DNA from: Planktomarina sp.
Lineage (GTDB): Bacteria > Pseudomonadota > Alphaproteobacteria > Rhodobacterales > Rhodobacteraceae
Reading direction: 5' to 3'
DNA: 45,277 bases
NCBI GenBank assembly: GCA_031920365.1
Contig: JAVLEV010000002.1
Span: 1 to 45,277, forward strand
Shown: positions 20,305 through 30,504 of the stretch, piece by piece
Layout of the letters: each line of letters starts with the position of its first letter
Position numbering within the stretch: the stretch's first letter is position 1
Notes under the pieces: generated by a model
Told to the model about the DNA's origin: nothing
Databases searched by the model: none
What the model saw: the letters and a program-made list of their open reading frames with translations, nothing else
Position numbers and translations under genes: made by a program

Positions 20305-21695
20305 ACGAACATTCCTAAATAACACCACCAGACATAGGTTATGGGTACACCAAGCAGAGCCATAGCAACTGCAAGCCACAAACAGACGCGAAACAGCGCA
20401 TCCATTGGAATCTGTGCCAACGCCATAGCAATAATTAGTGGGGGCGCCTGATATGGTAAAAGTGGTGTACTGATACCGACTACTTGCGCCATTGCAATCG
20501 TTTCAATATCCCACCCCGTTTCAGCGGCGATTGCACCAGCTAAAGGTGCGAGCATAGCAGGTGCAGCTGGAGCAGTTGTTAGATGAGATAAAAACATTGA
20601 AATACCAGACACAGCGTAAAGATCTCGAAAATCACTACCCTGCCCCAAGCCTATAATAGGAATAAGCCTATCAGCAACAACAGCCCCAAGCCCCGTATGC
20701 TGTGCGACTGCGCTAATCGCAAATACCGCCACAAGAAAGAATGCAGGAGACATGTCAATCTTCGTCTTCATGACAGTCGAACCTAGTATACCAATACTCG
20801 GCACCAAAAGGACTGCGGCCAATGACAAAGCTATCCACGCCGGTGAAATACCATGTAATGTGTCCGACACCCAAAACAGAATCGCCACACCTAACAAAAT
20901 TAGTAACCGAATCTGCACAGACGAGAGCGGTGTAGGCACATCCAGTGATGATAATTTGTCAGATCGCGCTGGTGCAAAGGGTAACATAAGAGCAAGTAAT
21001 GCAACGAAGCGTACTGCGTTGGCAGGGGCCTGTTCAATGAAATAACGCGAGTATGAAGGCTGGATGTCGTAGAGAGTTTCAAACGCACCAGAGAGAATAA
21101 TCGTTGGAAGATTAGCTGTCAAAATAGCATATGTCGGCAAAAGTGTTGCGATTGCACCAGTTACAGTCAACCCTATATGACCCCGCGACCCTATTTTGTA
21201 ACCCATTGTTTTGGACAACGACAAGGCGATCGGCATCAATATTATTATTCTTGGTATCGCAGACGGCACCAAAAGCCCCAATCCCAGACCACTCAGTGCC
21301 AGCAAAAAGGCAGCCTTAATATATGAATTTCCAGTTTTTTGAAAAATACGAAGTGCAAACTGCATGCCCAGCCCGGTCGTAGATATAGCGGTGCCAATGA
21401 TTAGCCCCGCAAACAAAAGCCAAAACCCACCGTTCGAAAACCCGGAAAATATAATGGCAGTAGGCGCTGCTGCAATGGCGATAAACGCAAGCAGACACCC
21501 TAATGCTGTAACTACTTCTGGCAGAATACGCGTAGCAAAAAGCGCAAGTGCTAATGCAGAAATTGCGCTGATACGGACTAATACATCTGCGTCATGTGTG
21601 GTCAGCATGACCGCTGTCAAAAGGGCGGCAAAGCCCAAAACAATACAGCTCGATATAGTAATTTTAGGCATCACCATATTATGATGTTCGCTCAA
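20301..21695 (-). CDS. SLC13/DASS-family anion transporter, paralog of 15330..16709
   Basis: Same motif blocks: FATRILPEV, IFSGF..GGFWLL, VPSAIPR, TANLPTII, DTLHGI, PYQAPP. Confidence 0.85.
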   Translation of the reverse strand: MSEHHNMVMPKITISSCIVLGFAALLTAVMLTTHDADVLVRISAISALALALFATRILPEVVTALGCLLAFIAIAAAPTAIIFSGFSNGGFWLLFAGLIIGTAISTTGLGMQFALRIFQKTGNSYIKAAFLLALSGLGLGLLVPSAIPRIIILMPIALSLSKTMGYKIGSRGHIGLTVTGAIATLLPTYAILTANLPTIILSGAFETLYDIQPSYSRYFIEQAPANAVRFVALLALMLPFAPARSDKLSSLDVPTPLSSVQIRLLILLGVAILFWVSDTLHGISPAWIALSLAAVLLVPSIGILGSTVMKTKIDMSPAFFLVAVFAISAVAQHTGLGAVVADRLIPIIGLGQGSDFRDLYAVSGISMFLSHLTTAPAAPAMLAPLAGAIAAETGWDIETIAMAQVVGISTPLLPYQAPPLIIAMALAQIPMDALFRVCLWLAVAMALLGVPITYVWWCYLGMFV

Positions 21696-21872
21696 CTAGT
21701 TTTGATTTTAAGATAGGCAAAACAAAAAAACTTACTAGTTTATATGCTGGACTAATCAAAGTGACCAAACAAGAAAAAACCCAAAATTCTTTATAATAGA
21801 CTCTCAAAATAAATGCTTTATTCAAGTAGCTTTCGCCTTCTACTGAGCCACAAAGTTCTAAACGAAGAAACC

Positions 21873-22331
21873 TTAAATTGTATTTGGTATGACCAACCTC
21901 ACTTCTGATGGAATCCGCAAAGATTTATTTATACCATCGAGGTATTCAACAGTGGCAAAAGCCAGGTCAGTCTTACCAATATTTTCGACCGAATGTAGCA
22001 TATATTCCCCTGGACCATAGTGATAGTGCTTGGTTTCTCCAATGTAATGGACCGAGTCTCGGACCTCACCAGATGAAAAATACCCACGCGCCATACCTAT
22101 ATTTAGTGCTGACCAAAAGTATGGATTAACGTGCCTATGAAATCCACACCGCGACCCGACAGGAATGTGCAAGTGCCATACCCTTACTCGACTAGTTTCA
22201 GATACCAGGGTAGTGCCCACACAACCATTATTAAAGTTAGCCAACATCTCCTCATACAGACCCACTGGCCAATGGGCAAAGGCTGCAAAATTGGAGTTAG
22301 TTGCAATATGGTCGTCACCGTATTTTGACAT
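21873..22331 (-). CDS. Cupin-fold protein
   Basis: RVRVW..GFHRH..YF and HSVENIG cupin motifs. Confidence 0.75.
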   Translation of the reverse strand: MSKYGDDHIATNSNFAAFAHWPVGLYEEMLANFNNGCVGTTLVSETSRVRVWHLHIPVGSRCGFHRHVNPYFWSALNIGMARGYFSSGEVRDSVHYIGETKHYHYGPGEYMLHSVENIGKTDLAFATVEYLDGINKSLRIPSEVRLVIPNTI

Positions 22332-23125
22332 TAGCAGTGCAGCCTCCAGTTTATTCAGTGTTTCAAACTACCAAGCAATAAAGAGTATCGGACTATGAAT
22401 AGCCAATCTTGTTTTATCAATAATATGCTAAACATAGATATATTTAACAGCAAGGTTTTCTATATCAAAAATTATCAGTTTTAAATTATACTACCAAGTA
22501 ACATAGAAAATTCTTTAAAAGAAAAACGCTTTCCACTGCTGTCGTAGCAATTAGTATAAATTTACTACCCGTTTAACCGCTAGCCAAACCATATTTGTAG
22601 ATCAAATTAGTGGACAATAACGAAAGTAATAACTATTTTATATTTACAAATACTAATTCGTAAAAACTGATGAATTTATGACTTTTAGAAAGTTTGGCAT
22701 CAGAAAATTAGATGATGGACCAAACTAGTTATAAATTTGAGTGATTAAAAGTTTGTCCAAGGTAGAAGCGCGATTCTGGGTTACCGTGACTATATAGCAA
22801 GAGAGCCAAATTCTACCAAAACACGGATTGGGAAAAGTACCCAACTTAAATTCTACAAAGCTCAAAAAAGTACTCGGTATCCAAGAAATTACGAGCCATA
22901 TTTAAAGTCACTTAAGCAGTGTAAGTTTGCAACCTCACCAACCGCCTTAATCAAACGCGAAAGCCGTTGGCCAACCCAACCAAGCTGAACAGTGCATATA
23001 ACTTCACCTTAGCAGTAGTCACCAACGGCAACGGGTCTGCTAACAAAAAGTAGCTGCCCCTTAGTATTTACAATCCAGCTAAAAATTAGGACTATAAAAA
23101 TATGAATTAAAGAGCGGGAACTACC

Positions 23126-23764
23126 ATGGTTGATCTGTACACTTGGACTACGCCGAACGGCCGCAAGGTCTCAATCCTACTTGAAGAACTGCAAATTCCC
23201 TATAAAGTTTATTCTATCGATATATCCAAAGATGAGCAGTTTGCGGCTACATTTTTGGAGATAGCACCAAATAATAGAATTCCAGCAATCGTTGATCAAG
23301 AAACAGGTATTCAGTTAATGGAAACTGGTGCCATAATGATGTACCTTGCAAACAAACATATGAAATTTAGATGTGAAGGCGACGAATACTGGCGCATGAT
23401 CGAATGGTTGATGTGGCAGATGGGTGGCCTTGGCCCAATGCTTGGGCAGGTACACCATTTTGTTAAATACAACAAAGGTAAATCTAAATACGGCGAGATG
23501 CGTTATTCAAGAGAAGGACACCGTCTTTACCGTGTGCTAAACGAGCGCCTTGCAGGTCGTAATTTCATCGCTGGCGAAGGAAAGGGTATGTACTCAATCG
23601 CTGACATGGCCTGTTGGCCTTGGGTTTCTCGTTTTGAGTGGCAGCAAATTGATCTAAACGAATTTTCTAATTTACGCGATTGGTACATTCGCATTGCTGA
23701 ACGACCTGCCGTACAAAAAGGTTATTCTGTTCCTAGATTTACGACTGAGGTGCCAATGCCATGA
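23126..23764 (+). CDS. Glutathione S-transferase, Nu class (YfcG-like)
   Basis: TTPNGRK, PNNRIPAI, ETGAI, WQMGGLGPMLGQ, YSIADMA. Confidence 0.92.
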   Translation: MVDLYTWTTPNGRKVSILLEELQIPYKVYSIDISKDEQFAATFLEIAPNNRIPAIVDQETGIQLMETGAIMMYLANKHMKFRCEGDEYWRMIEWLMWQMGGLGPMLGQVHHFVKYNKGKSKYGEMRYSREGHRLYRVLNERLAGRNFIAGEGKGMYSIADMACWPWVSRFEWQQIDLNEFSNLRDWYIRIAERPAVQKGYSVPRFTTEVPMP

Positions 23765-24642
23765 CTAACCATAAAAGTGAATACCGCCCCTCCATCCATC
23801 GCTTCGCGCTCGGCGATGCATTCGTAACAACAATTCAAGACGGAGCTCATCTCCGCCAGCCAATTAATCCACCCTTCTTGATGGATAAATCCGATGCTGA
23901 GATCACAGAAATTGCCTCGGTAAACAACCTTCCTCCTAACGGTTTTGAAAACTCTTATTCTCCAACGGTAGTTACCATCAGTGGGCAAACTATTTTGTTT
24001 GATACCGGTTTTGGCAAAATGGGCCACAATAATAATGCAGGCAATCTACGCCGCCGTTTAGGCAAAGCAGGCTATGCCCCAGAAGATATTGAAGTGGTAG
24101 CATTTACGCATTGCCACCCCGACCATATTGCGGGGATCATGGAAGAAGGCGTACCAGCCTACCCTAATGCGCGCTATGTTATTGGCCGACACGAATACGA
24201 TACTTGGAAAGAGGGTTCAAAAATTCCACCACAACGTGCGCAAAACCGCGAGATGTTTCTAAATCTTCTTCCTCAGCTCGCAGATAGGATGACATTTGTC
24301 GAAGACGGTGACGCCATCATTCCAGGACTAACCGCCGAGGCGGCCTTCGGTCATTCTTTAGGGCATATGATGTACCGCGCCGAAAGTGCAGGAAAGTCGC
24401 TACTGATCTGGGGAGACGTTACCAATCATTATGTTTTTTCACTACAGTTTCCTGAAAGCACTGTCGGCTTTGATGACAACAAAGAAATGGCCATCAAAAG
24501 CCGCAAACGAGTATTAGACATGGTCGCAACTGATGGGCTCCTGGTCAGCGGATATCATATGCCGTTCCCCTCAGTCGGCTATGTTGAACGCCACGGTAAT
24601 AGCTTTCGCTGGACGCCTGCCAGCTACCAACTACGTATGTAA
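23761..24642 (+). CDS. MBL-fold metallo-hydrolase (lactonase/MPH-like)
   Basis: DTG, THCHPDH, GHSLGH, GDV, YHMPFP; ATGA overlap with the GST. Confidence 0.9.
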   Translation: MTNHKSEYRPSIHRFALGDAFVTTIQDGAHLRQPINPPFLMDKSDAEITEIASVNNLPPNGFENSYSPTVVTISGQTILFDTGFGKMGHNNNAGNLRRRLGKAGYAPEDIEVVAFTHCHPDHIAGIMEEGVPAYPNARYVIGRHEYDTWKEGSKIPPQRAQNREMFLNLLPQLADRMTFVEDGDAIIPGLTAEAAFGHSLGHMMYRAESAGKSLLIWGDVTNHYVFSLQFPESTVGFDDNKEMAIKSRKRVLDMVATDGLLVSGYHMPFPSVGYVERHGNSFRWTPASYQLRM

Positions 24643-24848
24643 TCTCAAATTAATGGCTGGGCAGACTACATGACGGTACCGCATGCAATAAGGACCGTAA
24701 TTAGTTTATTGAGGTTATCGTGATTTAGGTTGCTAGCTACATTATAAACTAAAAATTCAAAAACTTCCTAGCCAGCATAAAAGAATTTAAAATAACTACT
24801 GACCCCATAAGTAGAAACCGTACGAGAAAAAGTGGCTAGTCAAAAGTG

Positions 24849-25454
24849 TCATGTTACCCTTAGGTCATCATAAGGTGTAGCTACCCACCTACTGTAACCA
24901 GTCCGAATTGAGATATTTTTATGCCATGTCATGACCCGCGGATACTGCACTAAAAAATCAGGATAAAGATCCATAATCCTGTAAAATAAACTACCAATTG
25001 CAACATCAGCCATCGAGAATTCAGAACCTGCGATATATGAGCGCCCGTCAGCCATCCCACTTTCTATTATTGTCAAGCCAGACTTTAACCCTTTTAAATG
25101 TGTTGCCAGAACCGCTCCATCCTGCTCTTCTGCCACTATACGGACCCTTTGCCAAAACATGCCAATAAATGATGGCTGAAACGTAGTAGAACTAAATTCC
25201 ATCCAAATATCGACCTGGGTAGGTACAATTTTAGGGGCTAAATATCGAAGGATTGCATTACTTTCCCAAATAACCTCCGAGCCATTTTGCAAGACTGGGA
25301 CCCGAGGCGCCGGTGTAAGTGCTTTAAACTCTGGCGCATCAAGCCCACCATATTTTCCCGCAACAATGCGGTGCTCATATGGAAGTCCAAGTTCTTCCAA
25401 CGCCCAAAGCACCTTTTGTACATTAACAGAACTTGGACGACCCCAAAGGATCAT
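24849..25454 (-). CDS. Glutathione S-transferase, GstB-like
   Basis: WGRPSSVNVQKVLW, VPVL, WESNAILRYL, FSMAD. Confidence 0.92.
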   Translation of the reverse strand: MILWGRPSSVNVQKVLWALEELGLPYEHRIVAGKYGGLDAPEFKALTPAPRVPVLQNGSEVIWESNAILRYLAPKIVPTQVDIWMEFSSTTFQPSFIGMFWQRVRIVAEEQDGAVLATHLKGLKSGLTIIESGMADGRSYIAGSEFSMADVAIGSLFYRIMDLYPDFLVQYPRVMTWHKNISIRTGYSRWVATPYDDLRVT

Positions 25455-26407
25455 TTGATCGCTTGGGGATTAATCGGAGATCCAGCAGCTCCAGGAATGT
25501 GAAGCGGTGGTGCTGTGAAAAAGAACTCATAGACACCGTCTTCTTCGCAATCCTCTGCCAATTCTTTAACATAAAAAATTTCACCCATGGAAATTCCAAT
25601 TGCTGGAATGACAACCCAGTGCCACGGTTGGTTAGCTTCATCTGTTTCATTTGGGCGCACCTCGCAACCCCAGGTATCAGCACAAATAGCTGCAATATCG
25701 TACTTTTTGATCCAATGTGCTGTTTCAAAAGCAAGCCCAGGTGCGTCTCCACCTGCGTAACCAGCCCAATCGTCGGCCGCAAGACATCGCTCCTGATGCC
25801 CTGTTCTTACAATTACAAAGTCTCCCTTTCGAATATCAACCCCCTGCGCTGCAGCACAGGAATCTAGGTCAGCATTAGTAATTGGATAACCATCGGGCAA
25901 ACTATCAAGACCTTTCCAACGAGCCACATCCAGCAAGATACCGCGGCCAACCATCTTATCACGTACATTTTCAATACCGAGGTGCTTTGCACCATTCACC
26001 GTCACATCTGTTGCCGGAAAACCATTGTACATCTTATCATCAAGAAAAATGTGACAAAGCGCATCCCACTGCGTACTGCCCTGGCACGGGAGGTTAATAG
26101 CATCGTCAGCATATCGCAAATAAGCCTTCCCATCACCGTCTTGCTCACCGGTCACAGCGTCAGTACCCGTTGCCATCATCTGGTGGATCATGTTCCAACG
26201 GCCGCCAAACAAGCCCGACTGAATTTTCTCTTTTAAGTTAAGGCCAAGCGCAAAAGCTTTACCCTTTTTAATTAATCTGCCAGCAGCAACAATGTCATCC
26301 GGAGAAACATTGTTCAGGGTTCCGATCTGATCTTCATCTCCCCAGCGTCCCCAGTTAGATAACTCCTTAGCCGTATCATAAATATCTTGCCGTGTCAGCT
26401 TCGCCAT
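25451..26407 (-). CDS. Cyclase family (kynurenine formamidase/isatin hydrolase-like) metal hydrolase
   Basis: NWGRWG..DQIGTLN, QGSTQWDALCH, GRGILLD, RTG, GSPINP; ATG at 26407 after GGAG. Confidence 0.9.
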   Translation of the reverse strand: MAKLTRQDIYDTAKELSNWGRWGDEDQIGTLNNVSPDDIVAAGRLIKKGKAFALGLNLKEKIQSGLFGGRWNMIHQMMATGTDAVTGEQDGDGKAYLRYADDAINLPCQGSTQWDALCHIFLDDKMYNGFPATDVTVNGAKHLGIENVRDKMVGRGILLDVARWKGLDSLPDGYPITNADLDSCAAAQGVDIRKGDFVIVRTGHQERCLAADDWAGYAGGDAPGLAFETAHWIKKYDIAAICADTWGCEVRPNETDEANQPWHWVVIPAIGISMGEIFYVKELAEDCEEDGVYEFFFTAPPLHIPGAAGSPINPQAIK

Positions 26408-26503
26408 TTGTTTCTCCACTCACTATAGGTTGCTTACTTATCGAATGAAAAATTAATTTTACTTAACTGTCAATAGTCTTGCCAGAGGTTGTTGATCATG
26501 TTT

Positions 26504-26517
26504 TTATCGATAGATAA
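26504..26517. promoter_or_regulatory. Candidate TetR operator TTATC-N4-GATAA
   Basis: TTATCGATAGATAA in the divergent cyclase/OsmC-TetR promoter; near copy TTATCGAATGAAAA at 26438-26451. Confidence 0.5.
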
Positions 26518-26544
26518 CTTATTAGAAAGGTGATGTGTGCGATA

Positions 26545-27033
26545 ATGGATCAAGAGACAAAGACGTTTGATATTATCTTTGAAGGAACTGGCACTAGTAC
26601 TGGAAAAATGCGTAATGACATAAAGGTACACTTTGCTACGATGGATGAGACTTTTGAGCTAGCTACTGATGAAGGTCCTTTTCATGGTGGCGATGGCACA
26701 GCACCCCCTCCACTGGCATTGTTTACAGCAGCGTTAACAGGGTGCATCATGACCCAGATTAGGGCGTTCTCCAAGCGGCTCAAAGTACCGGTTGGCCAAG
26801 TGACGGTAAAAGCAAAGCTGCATTGGCGCGGTGAACAAATCGGTCGTGAGCCTTACACGACATCGCCTGTAGGGTTTGACCTTGATATTGACTTTGACAG
26901 CAGCGCAAATAAAGACGACCAAATGCGTCTGCTTGAGGCAGCCAAAAAAGGTTGTTTCATTGAAACTACGCTGATGCAGGGACTAAACGTTGGCCACCGC
27001 TTACAAATCGACGGAGACTGGCACGATGCTTAG
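26545..27033 (+). CDS. OsmC/Ohr-family protein
   Basis: TDEG...GG.GTAPPPL, TGCIMTQ, GCFIE (two Cys); start may be 26530/26533. Confidence 0.85.
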   Translation: MDQETKTFDIIFEGTGTSTGKMRNDIKVHFATMDETFELATDEGPFHGGDGTAPPPLALFTAALTGCIMTQIRAFSKRLKVPVGQVTVKAKLHWRGEQIGREPYTTSPVGFDLDIDFDSSANKDDQMRLLEAAKKGCFIETTLMQGLNVGHRLQIDGDWHDA

Positions 27034-27042
27034 AAAGCAGAT

Positions 27043-27699
27043 ATGAAACATACAAAAGTACCTCAAACAGATTTGCCTAAACGCAAACGGCTTTCTTCTG
27101 TCGAGCGGCGTCAAGACTTTATAAATCAGGCAATTGAATTTTTTGCTGAAGAAGGCTTTGAAAGTTCAACTCGTGGGCTAGCCAAAAAGCTTGGTGTCAC
27201 CCAACCACTACTTTATCGCTACTTCCCATCTAAAGATGATTTAATTTCTGAAGTCTATGACGCCGTATACGTCAACCGATGGCGATCTGAGTGGGAACCA
27301 CTTTTACGCGACAGATCACGTACGCTAACGGAGCGCTTAAACACTTTTTATAATATCTATACCGATGAGATTTTTAATCGAGAATGGATGCGAATCTACC
27401 TCTTTTCAGGTCTAAAAGGGGTAGATATTAATCGCCGCTACATGCAACTTGTGCGTCATCGTATATTAGAACCAATTATCATAGAATCCCGTGTTGAGTT
27501 CAACTTACCTGACCAACCCACCCGCGACTGCGAGGTCGAATTTGCCTGGATCATGCACGGAGGTATTTTTTATTATGGTGTCCGCGATCTAATATATCAA
27601 AGCATACTTTCAACCGACAAAGAGCGCGTTATTGCTGACGCAATTGCCGCATTCGTCGCAGGGCTAAAAATAAAACTAATCCGGGACCGGGACACCTAA
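27043..27699 (+). CDS. TetR-family transcriptional regulator
   Basis: FFAEEGFESSTRGLAKKLGVTQPLLYRYFPSKDDL. Confidence 0.95.
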   Translation: MKHTKVPQTDLPKRKRLSSVERRQDFINQAIEFFAEEGFESSTRGLAKKLGVTQPLLYRYFPSKDDLISEVYDAVYVNRWRSEWEPLLRDRSRTLTERLNTFYNIYTDEIFNREWMRIYLFSGLKGVDINRRYMQLVRHRILEPIIIESRVEFNLPDQPTRDCEVEFAWIMHGGIFYYGVRDLIYQSILSTDKERVIADAIAAFVAGLKIKLIRDRDT

Positions 27700-27857
27700 A
27701 GGCGAAGCAGTTTTTCAATTACTGAGGTGGCCTTTAATTTATGTAACAATTAAATTTAACTACAATTTTTAAAGAAATAAATAAACTGTGATTTTAGCTG
27801 AGTTACAAAAAATAATAGAAAGATGATGCCAGCATGATCATTCAAGCTGGCATTATT

Positions 27858-28478
27858 TTAAGCAATCCCTTCAATTTTTCGAGACTCGTGAACCGAGGGC
27901 CGGGCTTTCATCCGCTCATAATGCGCTTGCAGATTCTTTGGCAAGGTCCAGCCAGCTACATCGACGGCCCAATACTCGTTGTAATAAAGCGCAGCATCTG
28001 CAATCGAGAAATCACCCATTAAATATTCTTTACCCGCCAGCTGAGCGTCTACAATGTCAAGCGCACCAAGCATCGCAGTTTTGCCACGAGCACGCACTAA
28101 CTCTTGCCCAATAGGATCCTCTGAATAAGCGTCTGGGCGTCGCCACATGCGCCATGATAGCATATGAACAGTGCCTACTATGAAATCTAAGGCCTCTATC
28201 GTACGCACAATTCCTTCCGGATCAGTCGGCATCAACTTTTTGTCTGGGTTGGTCATGGATAACCACATGGCTATGGCTGCAAATTCGGTAAGAACACTAC
28301 CATCTTGGCGCACCAGCGCTGCCACTTTGCCCTTTGGGTTGAGCGCTTTATAATCTGGTGCTTTTTGTTCACCTTTAGAAAAATCTACTATGCGTAAATC
28401 ATATGGTATTCCTGTCTCTTCCAATAAAACATGGATTCCTATTGAACAGGTTTTTTTAGCGTAGCAGAGGGTTGTCAT
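27858..28478 (-). CDS. Glutathione S-transferase, beta class
   Basis: TCS N-terminal Cys, NPKGKV, LTE..AI, GTVH, FSIAD, RPSV. Confidence 0.9.
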   Translation of the reverse strand: MTTLCYAKKTCSIGIHVLLEETGIPYDLRIVDFSKGEQKAPDYKALNPKGKVAALVRQDGSVLTEFAAIAMWLSMTNPDKKLMPTDPEGIVRTIEALDFIVGTVHMLSWRMWRRPDAYSEDPIGQELVRARGKTAMLGALDIVDAQLAGKEYLMGDFSIADAALYYNEYWAVDVAGWTLPKNLQAHYERMKARPSVHESRKIEGIA

Positions 28479-28563
28479 ATTTATGTTCCTTTAGTCGTTT
28501 TTGTTATTTTGCCCAAAATTAGCATTAATCTCTATTGTAAATAAACGTTAGTATTATCCTCTA

Positions 28564-29085
28564 TCAAACCAATGTCCCACGAGCAGGATAGCTATTGTCG
28601 GTAGCAAATTGCACTTTTGACAATAAAAACTGCACATCAGGGCGAGACCAGGGCATATTGGATATATCTATCAGATACAGACGCCCATCCGGACGAACCC
28701 AAAAAAGCCCTGGCTCTGCAAACTGGATATTCTCGGCCGCTTTAATCGCAGAAGTCAAATAAAGACCCCAGTTTCGAGCATCTTGGACCGTCGCACCATA
28801 TGCTAAGTCGATGTTTTCCAACTCCCAGTCGGACTTGGTCTGGGTTGCTCGGTCCTCTGGATCCATTGACACCGCAACTACCGTAACACCGGCGTCAGCT
28901 GCCATATCAATCAAACCATTTAACTTATTCAGGTAAGTTTTACAAACTGGACAATGCAACCCACGGTAAAATATCACCATCGTAAAGTGCTTAGGAAACT
29001 GCTCTGCAAGCGTCCATGTCCCACCACCAACCAACGGCAACGAGAGCGCCGGCGCTTGAGAATCTGGTATCAGTTTTTTTGTCAT
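28564..29085 (-). CDS. Peroxiredoxin-like AhpC/TSA (redoxin) protein
   Basis: FYRGLHCPVC, VSMD, EPGLF, MPWSRP; ATG at 29085 avoids overlap with the OsmC gene. Confidence 0.88.
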   Translation of the reverse strand: MTKKLIPDSQAPALSLPLVGGGTWTLAEQFPKHFTMVIFYRGLHCPVCKTYLNKLNGLIDMAADAGVTVVAVSMDPEDRATQTKSDWELENIDLAYGATVQDARNWGLYLTSAIKAAENIQFAEPGLFWVRPDGRLYLIDISNMPWSRPDVQFLLSKVQFATDNSYPARGTLV

Positions 29086-29101
29086 AATTATTCCAATGTG
29101 T

Positions 29102-29581
29102 TTATTTAATTGTGCTTGCAAGCGGTCGAGTTGTCCATTTTTCTGTAATTGACATGCCTGAAGCACGAAAAACTTTGGCAACAGGGCAGTACTTTTCAAG
29201 TTCTGATTTAATTATAACCATTTGTGATTCTGAAGCATCTGTTTCAACAATTATATCGAGAATGACGTCGTTGAATGGAACTTCTACCTCTTCTTCCAGC
29301 ACAGTTCCAAGTCTATTAAACTTGTAGGACATGCCGATCTCCATATCCCCAAAGGTCACTCCAATTTTATGTGCTATCTTTTTAGAAATTACATTGGTGC
29401 AGCCAATCAACGCCGACATCATTGTCTCAGTCGGCGATGGTCCAAGGTTTGTCCCGCCACGTTCTAACGGCTCATCAATGATGTTATAGACATCCCTAAC
29501 CCGCACGTGACTACGCGAGTGGGTCTGGCCAACCCCGGATTGCCGGGCGACTATAGTAGTTTTTTGTTTGATTTGGGCCAC
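29102..29581 (-). CDS. OsmC/Ohr-family protein, second copy
   Basis: IDEP..RGGTNLGPSPTE, IGC, YCPV; GTG start. Confidence 0.88.
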   Translation of the reverse strand: MAQIKQKTTIVARQSGVGQTHSRSHVRVRDVYNIIDEPLERGGTNLGPSPTETMMSALIGCTNVISKKIAHKIGVTFGDMEIGMSYKFNRLGTVLEEEVEVPFNDVILDIIVETDASESQMVIIKSELEKYCPVAKVFRASGMSITEKWTTRPLASTIK

Positions 29582-29679
29582 TGCACAACTTCCTCACTTG
29601 ATCCTTATTTATAACTTGATAACTTAGCAGTTGAATTACGTAAAGAGTGGATCAATAATCTGATTTATTGGAGATCAAC

Positions 29680-30504
29680 ATGAAAGCACCAGATTTTGAC
29701 TATCTGCGCCCATCAACCCTTGATGAGGCACTCACAATGATTGCGGAATATCAAGGCGATGCAATGCCACTAGCTGGTGGTCAAAGCCTAATGCCAATGA
29801 TGAACTTCCGTATTGCAGCTCCAGAAGCTCTAATTGATTTGGCTGATGTAGTAGAGCTGCAGGGAATAATACAGGAAGGCGACAGTATCAGAATCGGTGC
29901 AATGACGCGCTATGCGCAGCTAATGAGTGATCCAGTTATATTGGCCAGCATTCCGTTATTTGGTTTGGCGCTGCCCCACATCGCTCACGATGCAATCCGT
30001 AATCGAGGTACTATTGGTGGATCATTGGCTCTGGCAGACCCCGCTGCTGAGATGCCCGCACTAATGTTAGTATTGAACGCAACTATTGAAATTACAGGAA
30101 AGACGGGCACCCGAAAAATTAAAGCAGACGAATTCTTTTTAGGTTACTTCGATACCGCCCTGGAGGAGGAGGAACTCATAGTTGCCATTCACATTCCCAC
30201 CCCTGCGGCAGACCATCAGTTTGGGTTTTACGAATTAACACAACGCCATGGCGACTACGCAATTGCCGGTGTAGCCGTAGCCTTTCGCACTAATTGCTAT
30301 CGTGTCGCTTTTTTTGGAGTATCAGACCGAGCAATACGAGTCCCAGCCGTAGAGAATGCTTTAGCTCGTGGAGACGGTATGGACACTGTAGTTACACATT
30401 TAAACGACATTGAGTTTTCTGGTGATTTAAAGGCCAGCAAAATTACACGCCAGCGTTTGGCGAAGGTCGCGCTCGGACGCGCTATCGAAGGGATGACATT
30501 ATGA
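29680..30504 (+). CDS. Xanthine-oxidase-family FAD (medium) subunit, CoxM-like
   Basis: MKAPDFDY.RP, AGGQSLMP, IRNRGTIGGS..ADPAAE, RHGDYA. Confidence 0.93.
   Translation: MKAPDFDYLRPSTLDEALTMIAEYQGDAMPLAGGQSLMPMMNFRIAAPEALIDLADVVELQGIIQEGDSIRIGAMTRYAQLMSDPVILASIPLFGLALPHIAHDAIRNRGTIGGSLALADPAAEMPALMLVLNATIEITGKTGTRKIKADEFFLGYFDTALEEEELIVAIHIPTPAADHQFGFYELTQRHGDYAIAGVAVAFRTNCYRVAFFGVSDRAIRVPAVENALARGDGMDTVVTHLNDIEFSGDLKASKITRQRLAKVALGRAIEGMTL

Noticed and set aside
26545-29581. Selenoprotein versions of OsmC, Prx-like or GST
   Set aside because: All catalytic positions are Cys codons in uninterrupted ORFs; no in-frame TGA is needed.
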